Below, piece by piece: positions 1 to 9,849 of a stretch of 64,000 nucleotides of DNA. The position numbers and the translations under genes are program-made. Positions within the stretch are counted from its first letter, which is position 1, and each line of letters starts with the position of its first letter. The notes beneath the pieces were generated by a model, which saw nothing but the letters and a program-made list of their open reading frames with translations, had not been told where the DNA came from and searched no databases. This stretch comes from Psammoneis japonica (lineage: Eukaryota): the NCBI GenBank assembly GCA_008632985.1, contig QPGO01000049.1, forward strand, positions 248,001 to 312,000, written 5' to 3'.

Positions 1-936
1 TCGGCGTCGTCCTCAAACGCGGGAAAATCGTCGGGTTGGTCCTGACCGGGCGTGACGGGGCCCATGGAGGAATCATCCGCGGGTTTGGAGGGGAGAATGG
101 AAGAGCGGCGGAGCTGTGAAGCGAGACAAAGCAACAGAAAAACGCCGTGAGCAACTCTTCAGTAACAACACACAACACAACAATAAACCTATATTTCAAC
201 TCACTTGAGTATCCGACGTAAGCGAGTCTTCTGCGGCTCGCACGCGCTCCACATCCGACACTTGACTCTCATTGTCGGCTCGTTCCGTATCCAAACTGTC
301 CTCAAAGACGTGACGGTCTTCATCCTCGGGATCAAAGGGAGCCCAATCATTCTCCTCTTCCTCTTGCTGTAATTGCTGCGCCTGTTGAGTCCCCATCATG
401 GCACGACGAGCGTCGTTCTCGTCTTGCGGGTCATCTTCCGCCAAGACCCACTCGTTCGCGTCGTCGGCGGTTTGATCGAGTTCAAACGGAATCAACAAGG
501 CCGCGCCCCAATCGCCCTGCTGGCCGCCGGCGTTGTTGTTGTGATCCAACAAGAGCACGGGCTGCTCTTCTTGGTATTCTCCAAAGTTGGCTACATTGCC
601 TTCGGACTGACGTCGCTGTTCCAAATCAACCGAGGTCTTTTTCGCTTCCAAAGACGACGACCCATGAAAGGCCAGTTTGATTTTCACCATGGCTTCGGTA
701 CAATCGTGCATGAGGTACTTGACCTTGCGGGAATAAATCCGAACCACACCCAGCAACAAGTGGCCACTGACACGCAGAGCAAGTGGAACGGTCGGATTGA
801 CAATACTATCCACCGAAGCGGAAATGTCGGTATTGAAAATCTGGGGACGGCCCAGTTTCTTATCGCCCCAATGCGCCGCCAGCCAAACCTTGCCGAGGGG
901 ACCTTTTTTCGCGAGAATAATTTGTGAATAAAACAT
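1..936 (-). CDS. RAD21: Cohesin kleisin RAD21/REC8 family, 5' part (exon 1 936-205, intron 204-114, exon 2 113 to window edge)
   Basis: Starts [23 protein letters not shown]...[24 protein letters not shown] (Rad21_Rec8_N signature). GTGAGT donor at 204 and CAG acceptor ending at 114 give an in-frame continuation ([11 protein letters not shown]...). RAD21 versus REC8 cannot be fully resolved from this part. Confidence 0.92.
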
Positions 937-1391
937 TGTATTGAAGCGTTTCTGTACAGTATGAGAAAAAGAAAGCGCAAAAGTGAGAAAGCGGTGAGAG
1001 AGCGAATAAAGCTGCATAAGGACTCGATTCTGAAAACAGCGCGCAGCGGCAACAGAACGTTTTCAAACTCAACAACAGCGACGCTTCTCCAATTACACAC
1101 AGAAACAACGACTCCTTTTCCAAATCACACGCTTCTACGTTAGACTCATAAACGACACAAGCAACTCCTCATCCGACTCACCTGTTGCTGTCGCTACGAC
1201 GACTCAGTAGGATCGTGTAGGGATTGTTTTTCGCTCGTACGGTGCGGCGTGTATGATACGGATTGCTGCCGCTCTCTCCACCACTCTCTCGAGTCAATTC
1301 AAAGCAATTTCAAACAATACGACGTTCTTATCAACAGTGCAGACGACGACGACGGTATGCTATAAATCAACAATGCAGACGCAATCGGCAG

Positions 1392-1424
1392 TGTTGTTGT
1401 TGTTGTTGTTGTTTTGTTGTTGTT
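1392..1424. repeat. (TGT)n microsatellite
   Basis: Imperfect run of tgt units read directly. Confidence 0.8.
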
Positions 1425-1684
1425 CATGAAGTGAGCCGTGCTTTTTGTTGTGAAGCATGTGAGCCGGCGCGGACGTAGATCCTACGGAGACTTTGTACTG
1501 AGAATCATGTATGTACCTACATACCAAAAATCTTGTATGTAGGGATATACTAGATGCTCCGTAGAGCGCGCTGGAGGCAGTTTTTGGCGCGGCGCGGGTT
1601 CTCGTTCTGATCTCAAAAAAGAGCCAGAGAAGATAGATTGCACAGCAAAGTTTTGTGCCCCCTCTCTCTACTCTAGAGAGTAGA

Positions 1685-2000
1685 GAGAGTAGAAAGTCAC
1701 CTCGACACACCAATGCAACCATGACAAAAAAGGGTCATCCAAGAACCAAGCATTTGAGTGCAAAGTTGCATCACTTTAGGAGGGATTGTGGTGGTGTCTC
1801 CCAGAGGTGAGGAAACATCAACCCCAAAACAAAAAACAAAAGAAAAACTTGAGACTTTCTCAAAAAGTCAATTTTTGAGTTTTGTGGCCCATGACAGAGT
1901 CCAGCTCTGCTGTTGTGCACAAATGAGCACAAATGACAACCTCATTTTTTAGCTTTTGTCAACTGCTTGGAGTGCAACAATCTTGAAAAATTTGGTGGGG
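1685..2000 (+). repeat. About 320-bp dispersed repeat, inverted partner at about 12810-13127
   Basis: agaaagtcacctcgacacaccaatgcaaccatgacaaaaa...caagaaccaagcatttgagtgcaaagttgcatca matches the reverse complement of 13035-13117; similarity continues through catgacagagtccagctct and tcttgaaaaa. Confidence 0.85.
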
Positions 2001-3214
2001 CAATGTGTTGTGGTGCTGTGCTGTGAAAAAAAAAGAAAAAACAAAGAGCGTTTGTTCCTGTTGTGTTGTTCTTTGTTGTGGCGTTGTTTGCAATGCTCAG
2101 CTTTGGTCATCTCATGCATGCAGTGCACAGTTGTTGGGCTGTGCAAGTGTGTGCTTGTGTGTGTGCATGTGCTGCAGGTGGACAAAATGTGCAGAGTGGC
2201 TTCTGCTGAGTGAACTGACACACACAGCAGGCTGGTGGATGATTCTCACACCAGAGTGCCAATCTGAGGCTCTCTGCAAGGAGGAACACAAAAATTGTTG
2301 TGTGCCACCAAGGCTTTTGCACATTGTTAAATTTTCTTGTGCATCAAATGTTGACACACACACACACACACATGACAAAGATTCAAAAATTCTGAGAGGA
2401 CACTCTGAAAAAAAGCATGGAGTCCATGTGCAGAAAATGCTTCTCTGTTTGATGGAACACGAGAACAGGGCAGTTGCAAAGCACTTCTCAAATTGTCCAG
2501 AACAACAACATTGATGGCTCACAACAACCCCCCTCATTGAAACAATGCTTTGTCAAATGCATCCAGGAGGCTGCCCTGCCAAGATGAAACAACATGCATT
2601 GAAGAGATGCTTGCAGCTGACATGTCCATTCTGGCTGCAGGATGGAAGGAGGTTGACCATGAAGAAGGAGCCCAACAATGTGGTCACTGCTTGTCATTGT
2701 TGCTGCCTCCTGTTGGCAGAGGTGAGCAATGGGGGTGCAGTGGTTGTGCGCATCAGTGTGGCAGAATGGATCCAATCTGGTGAGTCATTGTGATGTTGAC
2801 ACATGAATTTTCTTCACAAGCAAACTCTGCAGCCCCCCCCTTGGCCCACGATGAACAAAGCCTGCAATGAAGCAAAGAACAACCAACCTTCCCTTGCCTC
2901 ACAGTTTTGAAAGGAAGAGCTGTGGAGTTGGTGGGGCCAAGCTTCTGTGGGATTGTGCAGCTGTCACACCCTTCATGAAAAGAGCTGTTGGTGGCATGAT
3001 GGTGTGGCATGACAGAGGCCAAAGAAGTGTGAGGTGCATTGATGCCTTCATTTCAAAGCAAGAGTGTCAACTGTGCACACATTGCTGAGCACTTTTGTTG
3101 CTCTCTCATGGGTTGGTCCATCCATCACTCAATCCTTGCGTTCTCTCGTGGAACCGCATTGTCTGCTCTCTCTCTTTCCACTCTGGCAGACACTGGCAGA
3201 GGCCAAGGAGCTCT

Positions 3215-4330
3215 TGAGAGAAAGCAGTGTGGCCCCTCATCTTCCACCCAATTGGTGCTGTTTGGTGTCTCACCATTCAATCATCACAAATTTTCTAAAA
3301 CTCAAGCATCAAAATTGAGTGGAGCATGCTCGCATCGAGATGGGATGTGATCATTCAGCTTGTCAGGGTGCAGGAACCACCCGCTTTTTGCCAATTTCCC
3401 CAAGTTGCAAAGTTTGACATTGCAGAGGCCACCCTCTCCTTTGCTCCCACAACCAAATGTTGCCTGATTGTTGCCGGACGGACTTGGGTCCCAAACACCC
3501 AATCACATCATGACCCTGCCCCAAAGTCCCATCCTGCAAAATTCCTGCTCCACCATGTGGCCAATGACAGTGATGTGGTTCCAAATTCCAAATGGATTCA
3601 CCTGACATGAACAAAACCTTGTCATTCTTGTGAATGTGATTGACAGCTGGATGTCTTGATGGTTGGATCTGGAAGAGTCTCTGAATTTGTGGAGGTGTCG
3701 CAAAGGCCCAGAAGGGCCTGCCTTTGAAATGAGAATCATGGTGGAGAAGTGGATTGATGCAAAGTGTGGCACCACCACCCAAAGAATGACTGCTGACAAT
3801 CAATTCACAGCCTTGGTTCTTGTCCATGGCTTCAACGACAGATTCTCCTGCTCTGGCAAAGAGGTGCTCAGAAAGAATGGAGATGTGGTGTGCATGAGAT
3901 TCTCCTCCCAGAAAGGGTCACATTGCATTGGAGCAGGCAAACAACAAGACAGTGAGATGTTCACCCCAAAAAAGAAAAAAAAGCATGAAGAATGTCCTTG
4001 CAAGAATGGCCAGCTGCATCAATGGCAATTTCCGAGTGCATCATGGTCCCACAAATTGCTGGTGCAATTTTCTGATGGGTGCGGGCAACCATCAAGAAGC
4101 TTTGTTGCAAATGAGCAGGATCATCTGAGCAGTGTGCATCAAAGAGAACAATGTCTGACATGGGAACTCCCGTGTGCCCAGCAATGTTTGCTTGGGTCCA
4201 ATTTCCCACATGGAGACTCAAAATGCTGTCTCCGCAGCTTTTGTCTTGGTGGTGTCAATGTTGGCGCCCACAACAATGGCATCTCCACAGGCTGCCATGG
4301 CATGCTTGACTTTTTTTTGCTTCTTTCATG
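3215..4330 (-). pseudogene. Degenerate genomic copy of the class 3 lipase at 20381-21921
   Basis: Colinear with about 20240-21485, intron included. SHSLGGGATLCINPLLH versus GHSLGGGATLCINLLLH; SGWFLHPDKLNDH shared. Frameshifts, deletions and TA->CA/TG changes. Confidence 0.92.
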
Positions 4331-4334
4331 GAAA

Positions 4335-5480
4335 GCACTTGCCACAGTTGTGACAGGGGTCTGTCTCTGGGGTTTTCTTGGTGGTGCAACCACCAGAGAC
4401 GACTGCTGCTGGACATGAGAGCACTTGGCATTGGCTGGGTCAAGCACACCGGTTGGCCATCAGGGGCGGTCTGGACCATCAGGCCAAAACCTTTGGACAT
4501 GGATTTGGGGTCTGCTGCATGCGTGGCTGGATCTCAATGGTTGTTGCTCTCAAAGTTCTGGTCACGATCGGAGACGCAGGTTGGCGGCAGATCACAGGTG
4601 AGTCCAGCTCTGCGCATGGTGCGCTTGGCATCGTCCTTGCTTTTGAAAGCAATTTCAATCAGTGGCTCATCCAACTTCTCCCTCTTCTTGCAAAAAGGGT
4701 GGCAAAACTGATTTGCATTCTCTTCATCACCACCTGCAGCAAGAACAGCAGCAAGGTGCGCCAGCGTGTGCATGACTCTCAACTCTTTTTCCTTGGTCTC
4801 TTGATCCTCAGAGAGCTCAAACAGGTCCCGCACAGGGCACTTGGGCATGCTGAGCTGTTTGATCTCTTTCTTGAGCTTGTTTAGCTGCTCAATGGATGGA
4901 CTGCAAAGAGCAATGATGAAGGCCATCCAGACTTGGGGGGGCGAGTCGGAATCCTCGACCTTGAAGTCAAGCTTGCTGACCAGATCCGGGTCCAGCAAGG
5001 CTTTCAGGAAGGCAACGACATCCCTGTTGTTTGCATGATTGCAGGAATTGCACTCAGGAGGGCCATGGAGCACCAGCAGCACAGTGCCTGAGATGGTGGC
5101 ATGTGCTGGAGATCCGACGATCCAACAATCAACAACTGCTGGCGGGGCCAGACTCTCGCTGATGGAGCCAGTGTGGAGCACTCGGCAGAGCGGGCATGGA
5201 GCATGGTCTTGGGGGCATTCTGATGGCATCAGAGCCAGAGGTTTAGGCTGCAGCTTGGGCATCCCCAAACAGAAGCGCAGAATGTGTCAAGTTGCCCCAG
5301 CTGGCAAACTGACCAGTCAAAGCACTCCCATGTGCGCGCGCTTTTTTCGGCAGTCTTCCAGTGCATCACTTGGATGTCCACTCCAAGATGATGCCTCAGA
5401 CAGGATGGTGAGCAGTGACTCTGAACTGTCAAGTGGCAATGCAACATTTGGTCAAAAGCCTTTCACAGAAACACAGCTGA
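4335..5480 (-). mobile_element. Degenerate gag-like fragment of a diatom Ty1/copia element
   Basis: NNRDVVAFLKALLDPDL...DS...VWMAFIIALCSPSIEQLNKLKKEIKQL...CP resembles diatom copia gag from memory; TpA-depleted; no LTR identified. Confidence 0.45.
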
Positions 5481-5932
5481 CTAAATCATGAGCTGTCTAG
5501 ACCAAAATCTGGTGAGCGCGACTCTGGACAACTCACAGCGTGGGGATCCATGCTGTCTGGTGCACCGCAGGAGTGACCAAGTTCTCAACAATCAATCCTG
5601 CTCTTACAAGAACCGAATTAGGCCTTGTAACATTGTTCACAGCATGTGACTGTTGTTGAGCCACAAGCTCCAACATGATCCAACGTGGCGGGAAGATTCC
5701 ACGAGGACAGACAGACACAATTTGGATCGCTGGACAGACGATCCACGACTCGGCGCTTCATTCATACGCGGAAACTGTCACATTCTACTGTATGGGATCA
5801 TGCTCTCTATGAAAGCAAATCGAAACGAATGTCAGAATCGCGTGACATCAAAAGAGGAACCCTCTCAAAAAGTTTCACGTTCGAGATCTCTCACCTTACT
5901 TACCTGACAACAACGTTATCATCAGCTGTAGT

Positions 5933-8900
5933 ATGGAATTGTGTACAGGAATGGTAGGATTTTCCTCACAAGGCGTTCGGTTTGTCACCGTGGTAATTCT
6001 TTCACTTTTCTCTCAAGACGGCGTATCCGCCATGTACGATACGATCCACCCTAACTTTCCCTGTTACAAGAACATGCTCGGGACGAAGGAATACCTGGAC
6101 GATCTGGTGGAAAAGGCGTCTTTCAATGCGGATTTGCAGGTTTCGATTCAAGAATTTGGTACCACGGTCGAAGGACGTCCCATGGAAGTCTTCCAAATCA
6201 CCGGCAATGGCGCGAATGATAACGACAAGGGTATCTTGTATTTGGAATGTGCCATTCATGCTCGTGAATGGGCCACGTCCGAAATTTGTTCCCGCTGGGC
6301 CGGCCACTTGGTGGACAATTATGGCATTGACGCGGACATTACGGCCGTCTTGGATCACGCTGAGATCCATATTGTATCCTACGCCAACCCGGATGGACGA
6401 GCCATTTCCGAATCCGGCGATCCCTACGCCTTGTTCGAAGCTTGGCATCGTAAGAACGCTAATGAGGAATACGTCGAAGCCGAAGACTTGACGTGTACCG
6501 GAGAACAGGGTGCTACCTTTGGCGTGGATTGCAATCGCAATTTCCCCTTTTTGCATGCGTTGCCGACGGGTGCTCCTACCTCCTACAGCGGATCCGACGA
6601 TCCATGTGCATCGGTCTTCTATGGTCCTAGTGGTGCCTCCGAACCCGAAACCCAAGCCATTGTCGACTACGCCAGCAGCATTTTCCCCGAGTCCCAACGC
6701 AAAGATGACCCCGAAGACGAAGCAAGCTTTGATATCCCGTATACCGAAGCCACCACGAATGGTATTTATATTGATTTGCACGCCTATGGAAACGTGGTTG
6801 CCTGGTCGTGGGCCTTTGAAGGTACGGTCGACGGTACTACTCGCCTTTCGCCCAACGAGGAATCACTGCACGCTCTGGGACGCAAAATGCAAGTCATTAA
6901 CAATGAATTGCTCATGGCCGGTCCGCTGCAGACGGAATGTCGTGACGGCAATGAACTGACCGAACCCGACCTTCCCGATAGTATTGCGTGCTTGTATCCC
7001 GTGCCCGGTGGATCGTCCGAGTGGGGATATGGGGTGCTCGGAGCCGCGGGCTACACGCTTGAATTTGGGACAGCCTTCCACCAAAATTGCAATACCTTTG
7101 AGAATAACATTGTTGAAGGCGCTCTCGATGTCTTGACCTATGCCGCCAAGGTTTCACGTTATCCCTACGTGACACCTAAGGGGCCCGAAATCTCTAATGT
7201 CGATGCCGATGCCGTGGTCTTTACGTCCAGCAGTTTGACCATTTCTGCCACAGTCAGCGACAGCGACTCGATTATTTCCGAAGATTTTGCGCCTTTTCAA
7301 CAAAACATTCAACAAGTTTGTTTGTTTATTGATGGACATCCCTACGATGCCGATGCCCCATCCTGTAACCCCATGACACTTTCCAACGTTGGTACGACCG
7401 TAACGGCCTCCTTTTCGGAAACCGTGAACGATCTTGGGTTAAGCTCGGGAAGGCACACTGTGTTTCTACAAGGCCAAGACAGTGACGACGTTCTGGGTCC
7501 GGTCACAGCCATGTCCTTTCGCGTCTTTGATCTCCCGTCGGGACCCGTTGATATTTTTTTTCTCGTGGATACTTCGGGAAGTTTTACGGAGGATCTTCCC
7601 CTCTTCAAGGCCGAAGCGCCTGACCTCATCACGGGTATTTTGGAAGAGAATCCGCAGACCCAGTTTGGTGTGGGAACCTTCCAAGACTATCCCATTGGCC
7701 CGTATGGACTTCCAGGCGACGAAGCCTACGTGCTCTTGCAGACCATCACGGACAATATTGCTGCTGTCAATGGTGCTATTGATGACTTGTCCATCTCAGG
7801 TGAAGATTCCGGCGATGACTTCATGGAGAGCCAACTCACCGCCTTGTATCAAGCAGCGACTGGCGAAGGACAAAATGTCAACGACGGAGAATATATCATT
7901 CCCGAAGGACAGCATGCTGGCTTCCGCGAAGGGGCTACCAAATTGATTGTTCTCTGGACGGACGCAACGTTTCACCGCGCCGAGGATGACGACGACTACC
8001 CCGGATACGAAACGGACGATGTGCTCGCCGCCCTTTCCACGGGTGGCGTCGTTGTTGAAGATGCTCGCCTGCGACGTGGTCGTAGGTTGGACGTGGAACC
8101 TCCGATTTCTGTTATTGGTATTAGCCGAGGTGGCAACACCGACGTCATTAACGACCTGACACTACTTGCCAGTGGTAGTGGCGCAATCGCGGGTGTTGGT
8201 GGAGTTGATTGTGATGGGGACGGGATTAGTGACGTTGATCAAGGCCAGCCGATTGTTTGTCCTGGTGTGACTGGCTCGGGCGAAGCCATAGCCATGGCCA
8301 TCAATAACGCGTTGATTGCAGTGTTCGAAACGCTCGTTCCCGTCGAAGCCGTGTGCAAGTCCATTAGCGTAATGGCCACGTTCAATTGTGAAGCAACGAT
8401 TACCCCCACTCAGATCGACGATGGATCATTCGGTTTTAACATTTTGCTGTCCATCGACGAGGACACTCTTGGGGTAGGCGAGCATGACGTAACACTATCC
8501 GCAACCGACGGCAATGGAGATGTGGATAGCGCTACATGTACAGTAACCGTTTTGGACGAATACATTAGTCTTGACGAAGTTTCTTGTGGACTTCCTGGGG
8601 GCGGCGATTGGGATATTATTGAAAGTCCCGATAGTGTAACTGCGTCAGTCGTGAAAGCCAACGGATGCTCTGCGGAAATATCTGTCGTCCAGACTCCGCT
8701 TTGTGAGCGGTGCAATGACGAGGGTATGGTCGACTATCCTGAGTGTTTCAATGGTGTTTCTTTGGAGGGGAGTGATACTATTTCGGTATCAAATATAGCC
8801 GACGGAGCAGGAACTTTTATTCGTTGGAGAGTCACGGCCGTGGGAGATTCACGACCAGGCGATCAACTCGTGTTCTTTTGTGGTCGATGTGTTCAAGACG

Positions 8901-9562
8901 GTACATTCGAGTGTCCTTTGGAAAAGCCTTCTCGCGTTGATTTGGATTCTGATATTTCGTGGCCACAAAATTCAGTGACCGAGTCCGATGGCATTCCCCC
9001 GACAATTTCCTGCCCGGATGACATTGTAGTAGGCAATGATCCCGGTCAATGCGGTGCAATCGTGATGTATGACGTGCCTGAGGGAGAAGACAATTGGTGT
9101 GCTTTCACGGTGCTTTCTGGGGGGCTTGGATCGGGTGGATTCTTTGAAGTAGGAATGGTCCACGTAGAAACTTACACTGTGGAGGACGCTGCTGGATTGA
9201 CTGCTTCGTGCAACTTCACAATCACGGTGAATGATGTGGAGCCCCCAGTTGCGTCCTGTGTGCCAGGTCCGAATCCATCGGGAAATGTCCCTCAATCTAA
9301 CAATCAAGATGGCTTTTGGACTGTGAGTGCTACTGATAACTGTGAGGTCGTAACTTTTGACATTAAGGATTCAGGTAGCGAGGAGCTCTTCCCAGGTACC
9401 TTCGATTCGGAGGGCACGAACATCCAATACGTTGTGGCTAACAAATTCCGTCAGCGAAACGGTCAGGGAGCCGTCGACTACCGACTTACGGGCCTTGGTG
9501 TTGCTGAGGTGATTGCCGTTGACGAAGCGATGAATATGGGCACGGTGACTTGTGTGGCCTAG
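5933..9562 (+). CDS. Secreted M14 zinc carboxypeptidase with vWA and HYR/Ig-like domains, 1209 aa, no intron apparent (start may be 5951)
   Basis: Hydrophobic signal segment; IHAREW, NRNF, DLHAYG and YTLEFG M14 motifs; DIFFLVDTSGS MIDAS motif near 7550-7580; HYR-like PPTISCPDDI...SGGFFEVG...TYTVEDAAGLTASCNFTITVND near 8995-9240. Confidence 0.9.
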   Translation: MELCTGMVGFSSQGVRFVTVVILSLFSQDGVSAMYDTIHPNFPCYKNMLGTKEYLDDLVEKASFNADLQVSIQEFGTTVEGRPMEVFQITGNGANDNDKGILYLECAIHAREWATSEICSRWAGHLVDNYGIDADITAVLDHAEIHIVSYANPDGRAISESGDPYALFEAWHRKNANEEYVEAEDLTCTGEQGATFGVDCNRNFPFLHALPTGAPTSYSGSDDPCASVFYGPSGASEPETQAIVDYASSIFPESQRKDDPEDEASFDIPYTEATTNGIYIDLHAYGNVVAWSWAFEGTVDGTTRLSPNEESLHALGRKMQVINNELLMAGPLQTECRDGNELTEPDLPDSIACLYPVPGGSSEWGYGVLGAAGYTLEFGTAFHQNCNTFENNIVEGALDVLTYAAKVSRYPYVTPKGPEISNVDADAVVFTSSSLTISATVSDSDSIISEDFAPFQQNIQQVCLFIDGHPYDADAPSCNPMTLSNVGTTVTASFSETVNDLGLSSGRHTVFLQGQDSDDVLGPVTAMSFRVFDLPSGPVDIFFLVDTSGSFTEDLPLFKAEAPDLITGILEENPQTQFGVGTFQDYPIGPYGLPGDEAYVLLQTITDNIAAVNGAIDDLSISGEDSGDDFMESQLTALYQAATGEGQNVNDGEYIIPEGQHAGFREGATKLIVLWTDATFHRAEDDDDYPGYETDDVLAALSTGGVVVEDARLRRGRRLDVEPPISVIGISRGGNTDVINDLTLLASGSGAIAGVGGVDCDGDGISDVDQGQPIVCPGVTGSGEAIAMAINNALIAVFETLVPVEAVCKSISVMATFNCEATITPTQIDDGSFGFNILLSIDEDTLGVGEHDVTLSATDGNGDVDSATCTVTVLDEYISLDEVSCGLPGGGDWDIIESPDSVTASVVKANGCSAEISVVQTPLCERCNDEGMVDYPECFNGVSLEGSDTISVSNIADGAGTFIRWRVTAVGDSRPGDQLVFFCGRCVQDGTFECPLEKPSRVDLDSDISWPQNSVTESDGIPPTISCPDDIVVGNDPGQCGAIVMYDVPEGEDNWCAFTVLSGGLGSGGFFEVGMVHVETYTVEDAAGLTASCNFTITVNDVEPPVASCVPGPNPSGNVPQSNNQDGFWTVSATDNCEVVTFDIKDSGSEELFPGTFDSEGTNIQYVVANKFRQRNGQGAVDYRLTGLGVAEVIAVDEAMNMGTVTCVA

Positions 9563-9849
9563 AGAGTGGCCTCGGGGGCGCTCTCGGGCTGAAAAAAGTC
9601 GTTCGTGTCTTCCCATACCCCACACGAAATTGCATATTCCTGCTTGTATGGACGCGTCAGGCTCTGTATGTTGCATCTAACATGCATGATAACACGGCAG
9701 CACGTTGAGTCTAGTTTGGAGAATCATTGGAAAAATCTACGATGGCGACTACTGCACGATACACCATTGCACGAATAACACAAAATAATCTGATTGTTTA
9801 TTCAGTTGAGCAGGGTTGCCCTATGAACAATGCAGCTGAATGCAAACAC

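Noticed and set aside
373..927. 184-aa plus-strand ORF
   Set aside because: Antisense shadow of RAD21.
1949..3100. Cys-rich short ORFs as metallothionein-like or toxin genes
   Set aside because: Cys/His richness and open frames follow from TG/CA enrichment and stop-codon loss.
9811..9830. CAGGGTTGCC as a hAT terminal inverted repeat
   Set aside because: No matching inverted end or 8-bp duplication found by eye.
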